DNA from: Octopus sinensis
Taxonomy: Eukaryota
Length of the DNA stretch: 64,000 bases
NCBI RefSeq assembly: GCF_006345805.1
Contig: NC_043006.1
Span: 42,160,001-42,224,000, forward strand
Reading direction: 5' to 3'
Part shown: piece by piece, positions 1 to 13,362 of the stretch
How positions within the stretch are numbered: position 1 is the first letter of the stretch
Layout of the letters: the number at the start of each line of letters is the position of its first letter
Made by a program: the position numbers and the translations under genes
The notes under the pieces: model-generated
Seen by the model: only the letters and a program-made list of their open reading frames with translations
The model's database searches: none
What the model was told of the DNA's origin: nothing

Positions 1-465
1 AGACTAGCAGATTCGGTTACATATAGAGATATACTTATATTAGCACTGTTGTTATACGTATTTCCCCATATTCGCATGTTTGTACTTACTTGTAAGTATT
101 TACTTCAAGTGGGACTATTTATGTTCTATGTCTCTTCAGAAATAGTAATATTGTGTTCTTATAGTGGCAGTTGTCTTGAAAAGAAAAGCATTGTTAATTG
201 CAAAGATTCTGCAAAAGAAAAACAGAAAAGTTTTAGTGAAAAATAAAATGTTTAAGATTGTATTTTAAGATTATATATTTAAAGTGTCTATTAAATACTT
301 AATTCTGCTGATGGTATGGTGTATAATGGGTGAAAGGGAAAGCGTGGGTATGGAATTGTTTCTTAGAATAAGAAAGAAACAAATTAAGTAAGAAACACTG
401 AGAGAAAAGCAAAACAGAAAATGTAAGGAATAAAAGATTTAGATTTAAAACTTTTCATATATGAA

Positions 466-770
<305 letters not shown>

Positions 771-2811
771 ACGTATATACAAGCATACATTCATGTGTAT
801 GTGCACATGTAGTTTTACACACACACACACACCACACACACACATATATATGTGTGTATGTATGTGAGTGTGTGTGTGTACAAACATACATACATTTATG
901 TGTTTGTGAATTTATGTATATATGTGTGAGTACATATATACGCGTGTGTGTGTGTGTGTGCGCGCGCGCGCATATGCTTGCGTGTGTTTGCCTGTGTTTA
1001 TTCAGATAACGGCACTATAAGATTCGTGGTTTGTAGACCTCGCTGCTTTTTTAAAACAAAATGGAACTTACCTATATACGTGCTTACCTACTCAAACCGA
1101 ACGAGCAGAATACACGCGATAACTTACCTTTCGTGGCGAACATTTATAAACCCTCCTCTAAAACTGGAAATTGATATCAACAGTCTTTCTTTGTTAAAAG
1201 TTTTGTTTATCATAATGTATGAAAATAACTGTGCGAAATTTCGAATCGTGGTGCATAAGAGCACTGGTCTGTATATCGTTAACAGACGACAATCGACAAT
1301 CATCTGCTGTAGATCACATTATTTCACCCTGCTCAGGACGAGTCCTTATGAGAGATCCTTTCAATATAAATAACACTGTATTCTATGTTCTGACACAACC
1401 ACCGCATTAAGTTGGAGATCATGATTACATCTTTTTTATTAAGATTGCTTCTACCGCTGTTAATTATTTTAAATAAGCTTACTGGCTATTTGCGACACCA
1501 GTGTTTAATTAGATACTGAAATTCTACATATCGTTAATGCGAGATTCAGCTGTTATCGCACTGCTGGAGATCTACCCCCGAGGAACCGATAGTAGGGTGA
1601 AATCAGGTGATCTGGCATATCCGGCGGCCGTAGCAGACGATTCTTGTCTGCCAAGTGCTTTTATGTACCATGGGTCATCATGCGCATTTAGGGTACGATG
1701 AATCCATAAACAAGTACGAAGATGATGATGATGATAGATCATCATCGTCATCATCAGCATCGGTGTAATCGTCTTCCCCGTTATCGTCGCCATCGTCATC
1801 ACCGCTCTTGTTGTGGTGACAGTAATCGTCATCGTCGCCATCTAAAGTAGTCGTATAATTATGGTATGGCCGTGAATGCTTTCGTTACTGGTACTGCTTC
1901 TGCGACTACGGCCGGCGACAACGATGATGATGATGATGACGACGACGAAGACAATGACGACGACGACGAACGTGGTGATGATGATCATGACCATAGCTAT
2001 CAAGGAAGCTGGTTAAAAACTTCTGACCGGAAAGTCAAGTATTCTTTATCCACAGATATATCTACCTTGGACTGGATTGCTTCCAACTATATATAATTCC
2101 ATACAAACTGTTGGAATTAAAACGCAAAATATAAAAACCAACGCACATTATCTTTTACCATATTTTTTTCTTTAACGGCGCTTATTGGCCAGAGGTTGAT
2201 AAATATATAACAAAAAATACAAACAACATATTTTTAAAATTTTTATTCTACATATTTTAAATATATGAGTGTTTTTTTTTATATATTATATCGTTGTTTT
2301 GGCTTTACAGCTACAAATTTATCATTTTATTCTGTGAAGCATTTCTGGCTTCCATTATGGTCAATATATTTTATTCAATTTCCGCTTGATTTCCAGTAAA
2401 TGGTTACACAAAACATTGCAATAGATGGCTTCTCTTTTGCATTTTGTTCCTGATTGAAATGCTTGATAAGTCGACTTAAAGGTGTCTGTGTCAATTCAGA
2501 GTTACATCACAAAGCGGTTTGTTTTTGTCTGTTTGGCGGGTTGTTTTGTTTTCTACGAATCAACTGCAAAACAATGTTATTCTTCAGAAAATCAAGTGAA
2601 ACGTAAATTCGAAAACTGTGTCTGAGAATGAAATGTTATTTGAAGAAACTTGACGGAGTATTTTGTTATTAGCATAAATAATTATAGAAGACTGTCTTGT
2701 CGTTCAGTTTCTTAACGGAGGAAGCAAAGTATTTGTGACATGCAAAACAAACAGTCGCATTGGAACGAGGAATCTGGGAACAGAAAGGAAAAAATAATGA
2801 AAGTAGAAAAA

Positions 2812-2812
2812 G

Positions 2813-2869
<57 letters not shown>

Positions 2870-3120
2870 CATACATACATACATACATACATACATAGAT
2901 CTTTGGTTGAAAAAACGCGATAAAGAAAACTCAATACATAAAAGTAAAGCATTTATCAAACAGACAGAAAGACAGCGACAGACAAACAGACAAACGACGG
3001 ACGGATGGATGGATAGACAGACAGATGAGCAGGTAGGTAGGTAGTTAGTTAGTTAGGTAAGTAGGTGGGTAGGTAGTGAGGGAGAGAGGGAGATATGTAG
3101 GCAGGTAAATAGATAGATAT

Positions 3121-3204
<84 letters not shown>

Positions 3205-3291
3205 GGACAGATGGACAGACGGGTAGCCAGACAGATGTACGGACGAATGGACAGAAGGAGAGACAGACAGAGAGATAAACAGACAGACTGG

Positions 3292-3371
<80 letters not shown>

Positions 3372-3375
3372 GGAC
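2812..3375. repeat. Compound (GATA)n/(GA)n/(CATA)n/(GACA)n microsatellites
   Basis: Seen directly. Confidence 0.9.
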
Positions 3376-3634
3376 AGAATGAAAATGGGGATGAGAAGTT
3401 AGCAGAAGGACTAAGGAAAATAAGTAATGCCATATTTCTATCTCAAGATTTCTCCATCAAAACAGATCAAAATTCTTCAGATTTTGTTTATTCCTATTTT
3501 ATTTATGAAACATTTCTTCAATAACATTCGTTCAATAAATACTCTTTTCTCAAAGATTAATTAATGGAATTACGTGTGTAATTTAATGGCGTAATTATTT
3601 CGACAGCAGTTAAAGTAAAGAGAAAAACAAGCAT

Positions 3635-4236
<602 letters not shown>

Positions 4237-4359
4237 CACTCAGATATTTTGGTAGGAAGCATGTTTTCGAATTAGAAATGTTTTTTTTTACAATTTGAAA
4301 TACAAAAATCGTCAAGTATTTTCCTGAAAGTAATTACACCTATTTTCTTGAACCAGAGT

Positions 4360-4620
4360 TTTTTTATTCATTCTTTCAGTTATTGAACTGCACCTATGTT
4401 GGGCCATCGCTATGCAAGGATGTTTTGTTGGGTTTTTTTGGCTGAGTGGGGGCGCTTTTTTTTAGTGGCCTAACAATCTGAGCCCAGAACTTATATTTAA
4501 GTCAGGTATTTATTTACTAACTCTACCGCTGTCTTTTGCCGAACCGCTACGTTACCGATGCAAACCGACAGCAGTCGTCAAGCAAAGAGACAAACAGAAA
4601 GATACACAGATAAGCACATA
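4360..4620 (-). mobile_element. Decayed 3' half of SINE family A
   Basis: Contains tcttttgccgaaccgcta and tail similarity to other family A copies. Confidence 0.5.
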
Positions 4621-4624
4621 TACT

Positions 4625-4690
<66 letters not shown>

Positions 4691-4927
4691 ACAACTTCTT
4701 AATAAGGAAAACTTAACAAGAAATTATCGGGTAGATAGCGTGAAAAACCTTATAAAAGAAAAAATTTCGAAAATAATTCTTTCTTATTGAACATATTAAT
4801 TTATATATAGAGGGCATTATTATACATACATGCCACACGCTAAGAGGGACAAAATTAGTCATTTCTACCAAAAATTTTACTAATCCCACCGAATGCAATT
4901 TTTCAAAGTAAAACATTTAAAAATATG

Positions 4928-4974
4928 GACTTGTATCACCTGTGATTTCATACCTCTGTATTCATCAGCAAGTC
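4928..4974 (-). ncRNA. Minimal type I hammerhead ribozyme (mirror copy)
   Basis: Reverse complement reads GACTTG-CTGATGA-ATAC(AGAG)GTAT-GAAA-TCA(CAGG)TGA-TA-CAAGTC. Differs from the + copy only in the stem III loop. Confidence 0.9.
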
Positions 4975-5496
4975 TGGATGTATCATAAATAAACGAACCC
5001 ACCTCGTCCAAGCCGAGCAGCTAACTGACCGACTTCAACGAAGCACATGGGTTGGTTTACATATATTACATCCGGTAAATGGCAGACTTTTACGAATTGC
5101 ATTTCGGGAAAGGAAAAGTTTTTTCGGAATAAAAATTTAGCAATTAAGGACAATTTCTTAATAAGGAAAACTTAACAAGAAATTATCGGGTAGATAGCGT
5201 GAAAAACCTCATAAAAGAAAAAATTTCGAAAATAATTATTTTCGAAATTTTTTCTTTTATGAGGTTTTTCATGCTATCTACCCGATAATTTCTTGTTAAG
5301 TTTTCCTTATTAAGAAATTGTCCTTAATTGCTAAATTTTTATTCCGAAAAAACTTTTCCTTTCCCGAAATGCAATTCGTAAAAGTCTGCCATTTACCGGA
5401 TGTAATATATGTAAACCAACCCATGTGCTTCGTTGAAGTCGGTCAGTTAGCTGCTCGGCTTGGACGAGGTGGGTTCGTTTATTTATGATACATCCA

Positions 5497-5543
5497 GACT
5501 TGCTGATGAATACAGAGGTATGAAATCACAGATGATACAAGTC
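5497..5543 (+). ncRNA. Minimal type I hammerhead ribozyme
   Basis: GACTTG-CTGATGA-ATAC(AGAG)GTAT-GAAA-TCA(CAGA)TGA-TA-CAAGTC. Full catalytic core; stem I 6 bp, stem II 4 bp, stem III 4 bp. Predicted cleavage after A5537. Confidence 0.9.
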
Positions 5544-5670
5544 CATATTTTTAAATGTTTTACTTTGAAAAATTGCATTCGGTGGGATTAGTAAAATTTT
5601 TGGTAGAAATGACTAATTTTGTCCCTCTTAGCGTGTGGCATGTATGTATAATAATGCCCTCTATATATAA

Positions 5671-5760
5671 TATATATATATATGTATACATATATATATA
5701 TACATACATATATATATATATGTATGTATGTATGTATCTATGTATGTGTATGTATGTATG

Positions 5761-5791
<31 letters not shown>

Positions 5792-5953
5792 GTATGTATG
5801 TATATGTATGTATATATATGTATGTGTATATATATGTATGTATATATATATATGTGTATGTATATATAAATGTATGTAAATATATATATATATATGTATA
5901 TATGTATATATGTATGTATATATATATATACATATATATACATATATATATAT

Positions 5954-5985
<32 letters not shown>
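5671..5985. repeat. (TA)n/(TATG)n tract
   Basis: Seen directly. Confidence 0.95.
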
Positions 5986-6308
5986 CATCACTCACGTAAA
6001 CACGACCACACACTCACACACGCGCGCACGGACATCATCTTCGCACTCTCCTGTCCCAAAATAAACCACTTCTCTATCTCTTTTCCCTTCTGGTCACTTC
6101 AGTAATGTAACTACACACATGCTGTTGGTGATTTTCCCCGCTTCTTTTGACCTTTGCCTTTTCCCTTTCCGAGACTAAAATCTATGTCTAAAACATCAAA
6201 AACCCTCGCTTTTTGCTAAGCGTCAAACTAATACATTCCATGTGCACGTACACTTGTTTGTTATTGTTATTTTTAACGTTGCTTATTCGATATAATTATG
6301 TATGTATG

Positions 6309-6821
6309 ATATTATTCAGTTTTATTCCAAGATTTCTTGCCAATAGAGAAAGAGCCGGTTTCTAACCTAGATCCAAAGCTCCTTCATTGGAATTTTAACA
6401 TCACCAACAGGGTATTTTTGTATGTATGTAGGTATGTATATGTATGTTTTGTTTTATGTATGTATTCTTATGTATATAGTTGCATATCTAGACATGCTCA
6501 TATATATTTAAATGATAAACAACTGGAAGGTTTTTCAGATTTTTATAGTTCCAATGATGGACTGGATCTGTAGTCTTCAAATCAGCTTTCTCCATTTTGC
6601 GAAGCTCAATTCTCAAGATTGGTATTTAGGCAATGTGTTACATATCCTAGTGCCTCAATAAGTACTGGTATAAACCTGAACTTTTAATCTGGATAGAGAA
6701 ACTGCAGATTTCTCAAAAGTTCAGCCTAGGTATTCTCTTTTTCACTGATCTTCAGCTTCATATCAGCATCCGCTGAGCAGCTGATTTCCACAGCTGTACA
6801 CGGTTTCTCTTCTCTATCCCA
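6309..6821 (-). mobile_element. 5'-truncated 3' end of an RLE-type (R4/Dong-like) non-LTR retrotransposon
   Basis: Minus strand reads WDREEKPCTAVEISCSADADMKLKISEKENT*AELLRNLQFLYPD*KFRFIPVLIEALGYV..., like the restriction-like endonuclease region (D-x-x-x-P...K..KY...IPxxIGALG). ORF stop at 6508-6510, then a 3' UTR. Flanked by (TATG)3 on both sides. Confidence 0.78.
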
Positions 6822-7224
6822 TGTATGTATGTATATAACACAGTAACACCAGTGGAGAGCATCTTCAGTTGCACTCGTAGCATGCAAGTCTGCCACTTCG
6901 ACAGCAGACACTGCGATTGTCACGTCATCTCTCACGTATGAGTGATATAAGAATTCTGAAGGTCATTTAGAAGGCCACTTATACTCTTCAAAGACAAAGC
7001 GATGCAGCATAGCATTTTTTCTGAACTGCACTCATGCTGGGCCATGGTTGCTTTGTTTTCATCAGAAGTATCTATATCACTTAAGAAACAATTAGGCAAT
7101 ATTTCTATATTCTGACCAATTTCGGTAGCTACAAAGAACTGGAGCTTCTAATTTACAAACATGCTTAACATTTTTTTTAAAATATCAGCAGCCTGTCGAC
7201 ACAGTATCGTGGTACCATATAATA

Positions 7225-7545
7225 TATGTAAACGGGTGCAGGACCTGGCGCCTGTCATGCTTCTCTTCAGTTGAAAGATTTGAGTAAAGTAGACACCAGC
7301 ATCGGGACCAACTTCATGCAAGCATAAAGGCACACTGTCAAAACGTTGCTCCTCTAAATGGAAACCTTACCTGTCATTGTGGTTTTGTGGCACGAAGCAA
7401 AGCGGGTCTTGCCGTCCACTCAAGAAAACACATAGTGAATGACCCACAAGCACGCAAGCAAAGTCTTCAACTTGTTCCATTTGCCAAAACGTTTGCAAGG
7501 CACCAACAGGCCTCAAGAGACGCATTCGTGTCTAGAGAACATGAT
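7225..7545 (+). mobile_element. Decayed C-terminus of an RTE-like LINE ORF with two C2H2-like fingers
   Basis: RTWRLSCFSSVERFE*SRHQHR...TCHCGFVARSKAGLAVHSRKH, then after a frameshift TCSICQNVCKAPTGLKR. Resembles RTE C-terminal WR...FE and CxxC...GLxxH motifs. Confidence 0.55.
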
Positions 7546-8107
7546 TATCACTATAATAAAATACATTACAAGAGCTATACTTGAAAGTAAGGTTATTAAG
7601 TACCAATCTGCTGCAATGCACAACAATGCCTGCCGAAACAGTAATATCAACCTCGATCTAATTCGATAGAATCCTGACTTCGGCCAACAATTGGTGAAAA
7701 AACCGAGGTCAAGTACACAAACTTACAAACAAATGATTCAAAACAACCACCCCTCACTTCCCCCTGAACCCTAACCAACAAACAACTCACTGTATTCAGT
7801 TCTCTTCGCGCCTAGCTGGTTGAAAGACCATGAACAAAAACAGCACAGAAAATTATACCCGGTTACATGTGCAACCGCCCATACTCTGTGCTGTGGCAAC
7901 GCGTGTAGATCGTCATCATCATAAAAATATGCTGCATGAAATTTTAAAATAAAAGGAAATAACTTTTGAGGATGTACTAGTTTCCATATTTTCTATCGTT
8001 ATAATTATTGCTTATATACACTCCAGATAATACTTCCAACAGTGAAGCGAACACATAATTAACCATCGGATGAGTTTACAGCATGAGTGACAACCCACAC
8101 AGCCACT

Positions 8108-8173
<66 letters not shown>

Positions 8174-8182
8174 CGTGTGTTC

Positions 8183-8295
8183 AGGCGTGGCTGTGTGGTA
8201 AGAAGCTTGCTTCCCAACTATATAGATCTGTATTTAGTCTACTGGGTGGCACCTTGGACAAATGTCTTCAACTACAGCCTCGATCGACTAAAATC
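8183..8295 (+). mobile_element. SINE family A, 5' fragment
   Basis: ggcgtggctgtgtggtaagaagcttgcttccc...ggcaccttggacaaatgtctt. Confidence 0.65.
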
Positions 8296-10940
8296 TTTTG
8301 AAAGATTTCGAGAGTTGCATGCTCTATTTTTGTATAAATTTCATAGAAAATATTCCGCTTTTACACTCGAACTGACTTACACGTTTGTTTTTGTATTGTT
8401 AGAAAGATTAAATCTGTTTGATGGTGATTTAATGGTGATTTAATCATTACCAAATCCAGTGAAATTCGGAATGCGATGGCTACTGATCCTCAATCACAGG
8501 TAGCAGAATACATACCTGCAGAGTTTTTTGTACAAACGGTAGTGAACCGAACTAGTCACCGTTCGAGGAACACAGCTTTTTGCTGCTCATCTCTTTGGCT
8601 AGCTTCACTTTTCGGATAAGCAAAGGCAGCGGTTAGACAATTTGACGCCTATCTGGACTGATGTTAAGTGCTCTATGCACCTTATCAGCTCGACTAAAGC
8701 CTTCTATATAATAGAAAGAGTGAAATGTTCCCGCTTCCTATTTGATAAAAAGTAAGTGTAAGATTAGAACGATGAAGGCCTGAGATAGTCTTATTGATCG
8801 AGCTGCAATCCCTGATCAATCACAGATCGAGGCCGAATGTTTGGCATCTAAAATGTTGCCAGATGCTCAAAAGCTTTAGTGACGAGTACGAGTGACATAG
8901 ATTCGAGAGTGATTGACAATGTCAATCTGAGTAGGCTTTTCGAAGATTATGAATAAGTTCCAAATAGCCCATTTATATCCGTGTATTTTTGTGGGAGTAT
9001 ATGATTTAATTCTTTGGGTTTCCTATAATCTCTGTTGGTACATTTGTCTATTGCCATAAATTTTTGTCTTGGTTGAATATTATTATCATTATTGTTGTTG
9101 TTGTTATCATCATCATTATTATCATCGCTATCCTCATACTATCATCATCTGTGGAATTCTTTAGTTTCTTATTGCATGCTTGGCTACGTCTATTCTTGGA
9201 TATCATTTTTTGTTTTTGTTGTTTAGTTTTTTCGTATGTATTTTTCTTACTTTCGCAATTTCGTCTTGAGAAAATTGGATATTCAAGAATTTTCAACGGT
9301 AACAGTCTTATTTACGCAACATCACTCAGCTATAAAGACAAACAGTAATTTAACATAGCATCAGACTATGAATTTCATTTGTAAACATTTGAAGTTGGAC
9401 AGTTCTGCAACTGTGTTAATATAAGTCAGCTGACAAATCAAGGAAGTTTTAGATACTTAAACAATGTTTGGAAAACATTTATGAATATTGCCGAATATAC
9501 CTTCCAGCTCTCTATGATCGATTAAATAAAATGATGTAATATGCTGCGATCAATGTAATCCATAATAACTGTACCCCCCTTAAAAAAGATTTTGTGTATA
9601 GCCCAAACATCATCATTTATCAAACAGGCATAGCGCAACACGTCTAAACATTTGTGAGTTATTCTTCAAAATCGAAAGTATTTTGTGGTCAGTTTTTTTT
9701 TATTTTTATTATTACTTGCTTGAAGAAAATTGTTAAAGCATAAGAGCAAAATCTTTTAACCTCATAAGAAAAGGTTCTAATGAGCGGAATCTTTCACCTA
9801 GCTGATGTCAGCTCTTATTACATTCTTGACTTTATCTTCCTATTCGAAATTGTTTTGAACAAGACAGATAACTATGGTTTTCCATCAAAGTTCTTAAGTG
9901 CTAAAGAAAGTTGAATTAATTTTTATGAAGTAAATATACAAATCTACTGTCTACAAGGCTAAAACGAAAAATCCATAATGCACTTCAAAGCGCCCTTTGA
10001 TGGTTGCTTGTTGATGTTACTTTGAATATAAGAGAAAAATTGCAACATTTGTCCTGAAGCAGAACACTGGAAAGACTATAGCTTCCATTGTTACTAATGG
10101 TCAGATGTAGATTTAAGAAAAACCTTCTTAAGAAGCTTCTCTCCAACACACATATTCTTTACTACTTACAAAACGTAAACGACTTGGAAGTAAATTTCGA
10201 GCACCTAAACTGAGATTATTTCTACTTTCTCTATTGATTTGGTCGCATCTGCTTCTTAAGAAGCCGATATATACATTGGACATATTTCATTATAATTTTA
10301 GATTTTGTCGCTCTATCGATCTGAAAACATTGTTGGAAGAAAGAATAAAGAAACGGAGAAGATATTTTTACTTTTATTGCTCTTGTTTTTATAACTATTG
10401 GTTGTCTTTCGTTGTTTCCTTGTTATTATTAGGAAATAGTATGAGGAAAATATATAAAAAAAAATATTCACGTCGTTGTTGTTATTGTCTTCGCTAAAAG
10501 TTGTTTGTTTGTTTTTGGGGGCTTTTTTTTTTCCTCTTTGAAATATTTCTTGACCTTTGTGTTATTCTTTTTATTTATGAAAATACTGCGATAAAGTAAC
10601 ACCTGAAAATAACCGCTTATACATGAATAAACACTCAAGTAATTTCTCCATTTCCTTCACTTGTACAATTGTACGTGTTGGGCTGGGGTGGCTGGTCTTC
10701 TTGCATATTAATTTTATTAATAATCATAAGAATACTAGTGAAAACCTAATCTCAACATCATATACCTAAATCAAGCGAAACTACTGGAACCTAAACCCTT
10801 CCTGCCTATGCTGACAGAGAATATTGAATCAATACAGCAATATAATGAGATATTCCTAAATTATGTAGAGCTGATGTTACGTGCGACGGCAAGCTATATG
10901 TATACTAAGATATGTATTTAATATGTATGGATTAAATATT

Positions 10941-11153
10941 CTTTTCTACACTAGGCTCAAGGCCCAAAATTTTGGGGGTGGGGGCCAGTCGATTAAATTG
11001 ACCCCAGTACGCAAATGGTACTTAATTTATCGACCCAGAAAGGATGAAAGGCAAAGTCGACCTCGGCGGAATTTGAAATCAGAACGTAATGACAAACGAA
11101 ATATTGCTAAGCATTTCGCTCGGCGTGCTAACGTTTCTGCCAGCTCGCCGCCT
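10941..11153 (-). mobile_element. SINE family B (tRNA-derived head, conserved central domain)
   Basis: Reverse complement of aaggcggcgagctggcagaaacgttagc (A-box) ...gagttcaaattccgccgaggtcgactttgcctttcatcc (B-box plus body). Confidence 0.85.
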
Positions 11154-11170
11154 TGGATGGCTTAAATATT

Positions 11171-11397
11171 CTTTTCTACTCTAGGCACAAGGCCCGAAAT
11201 TTTGGGGGAAGGGGCCAGTCGATTACATTGACCCCAGTACGCAACTAGTACTAAATTTGTCGATCCAGAAGGGATTAAAGGCAAAGTCGATCTCGGCGGA
11301 ATTTGAAGTCAGAACGTAAAGACAGAACGTAATGACAGACGAAAAATCGACTGGCTCCCTTCCCCAAAGTTTCGAGCCTTGTGCCTAGAGCAGAAAA
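11171..11397. mobile_element. SINE B body flanked by two inverted copies of its 3' tail
   Basis: About 52-bp inverted repeats (ttttctactctaggcacaaggcccgaaa...agtcgatt / aatcgactgg...gccttgtgcctagagcagaaaa). Confidence 0.7.
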
Positions 11398-11417
11398 AAA
11401 TGTTTGCATTCTATTTT

Positions 11418-11810
11418 AAGGTGGCGGGCTGGCAGAAACGTTAGCATGCTCGACAAAATGCTTAGCTGTATTTCGTCTGCCGTTACGCTCTGAGTTCAAA
11501 TTCCGCCGAGGTCGACTTTACGTTTCATCCTCTCGGGGTCAATAAATTAAGTACCAGTTACGCACTTAATCCGTTTGTCTGTCCTTGTTTGTCCTCTCTG
11601 TGTTTATCCCCTTGTGGGTAGTAAAGAAATCGGTATTTCACCTACCGTTACGCTCTGAGTTCAAATTCCGCCGAGATCGACTTTACCTTTCATCCTTTCG
11701 GGGTCGATTAAATAAGTATCAGTTACGCACTGGGGTCGACGTAATCGAATTAATCCCTTTGTCTGTCCTTGTTTGTTCCCTCTATGTTTAGCCCCCTATG
11801 GGCAATAAAG
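11418..11810 (+). mobile_element. SINE B head plus two tandem body/tail units
   Basis: Body repeated at about 11470 and 11635. Confidence 0.8.
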
Positions 11811-13362
11811 AAATTAATATTAGTTTAATTTGGAATGTATTGACCAAGGTAAACTCCCCTGGTTGGGAAAAATCAGTTATAAGCATAAGCGTTGAAACTA
11901 AAATTTCTGGAAATTTTATGTTCTACCTGTATATTGTAATTACTTCAGTATTTTCAGGTTTTGTGATCAGTTATTTAGCTTTATAAAAGAACACTGAGCA
12001 GCAGATTCTGGGTTGATGGAAAATAAAATAATCATAAGTTAAAAACAATTGATCATCCGTTGTTCAACTAACAAGCTTCTCAGTATTCTTTGTAGACAAC
12101 TATGCACTAAATGGTACCAAAAACAAATTAGTTTCTTTAAAAAGGGCGACTCTGTAAATCTGTAAATGGTATTGCCAAAGTTACACAAAAGGCTGTACCG
12201 TTCATTCAGACAAAAATCTATAAGCTAAATAAAGAGAAAAAAAAATTCTTCCAGAAGACAATGTGTCGTGTAGCCCAGTCTTAGAAACACAATTTTTTTT
12301 TCTAGTAGGTTGCTATAGCAACACAATAATTTTACAACGACCGATTTACGAGGCTTGAAATACATCAAATTTCTTTTCAAATGTGAGACAGTTTAAATAC
12401 AACATTGTTGATAATAATAGATTGTTTGCTTTTAAGGCTTTTCAATAGTGCTTATTGTCGAGTTAAAAAGAGATAGTAAACACTGCTAAGAAGAGAGATG
12501 AGTGGTCAGTGTGATTGATGAGACGAGAAACAAAGAATGGCCAGGCTAACTTAAGACCGTCCACCATCACATACAAAATGTTGGCACGCTTCAGAAAATT
12601 GAGTTAGTATTTTAATCTTCTTTTAGGATCAGCCTAGGTGACCAGGCACGTGACTAAGAATTAACGGTCGAACATCAATCTGCCATTGTACATTATTATT
12701 CACCAAGTGGTAGAATTAAATGGGAGATCTATGCGAAAAGTTCCAACCAAAATGGAACCCCAACATAAAGAATAATTTTATTCTTATTTAGATGTCTTTA
12801 AATTTCATACGCGGAGATAATCGATCAGATTATAATGTTATTTATTCACTGTCCGCCAGTTTGCGTGTAACTTGACAGATTTTATAAACAAGTTCATTTG
12901 CATATTTATAAACTGATAAATTTAAAACCTTCAAAACTGATAAACTGATTATCAATCGATAAGTTATCCTAGATTGTATCCAACAGATAAAGGTCACCTG
13001 ATTGATTGGAGAGGTTCACCGACACAGTTCGACTTCTGACCTAAGACATGCTGTCTCCTCACTCTTCACCTATAACTACTGTTAAAGTTGGATCCAACAG
13101 GGCTGGAAGATCTCGTACTGCCGTCAACCAAGCTCTCTACAATACACTTCACGCTTAAACGCCACTCAAACCACTTCAATCAATTATCCTTTGGAATTCC
13201 CTTCTGTTCGTATTTTCCAGCATCCGTCTACTTGTACTTATTCAAGAGATACATTAATTTCGTTGATCTCGCCTGACTCGGAAGGCATGCGAAGGCAATG
13301 GGCTCAACCGCTTCTTCCATACCTAACCAATAAAAATTAAGATTTAAAGTATTCGCCATAGA

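Larger units (their letters stand above)
4689..5670. mobile_element. Hammerhead-bearing Penelope pLTR or retrozyme-like element: 1.2 monomers followed by an inverted copy, inserted in (TA)n
   Basis: Direct repeat 4689-4778 vs 5148-5237 (period 459). Spacerless inverted repeat 4801-5235/5236-5670. (TA)n on both flanks, hammerhead cores, no credible ORF. Confidence 0.75.

Noticed and set aside
4713-5869. Duplicated [41 protein letters not shown] on both strands
   Set aside because: A by-product of the palindrome; the two versions diverge where the arms end and show no protein motif.
8440-8960. Protein-like stretches suggesting a hAT transposase remnant
   Set aside because: No diagnostic motif or TIR could be identified; too decayed to call.
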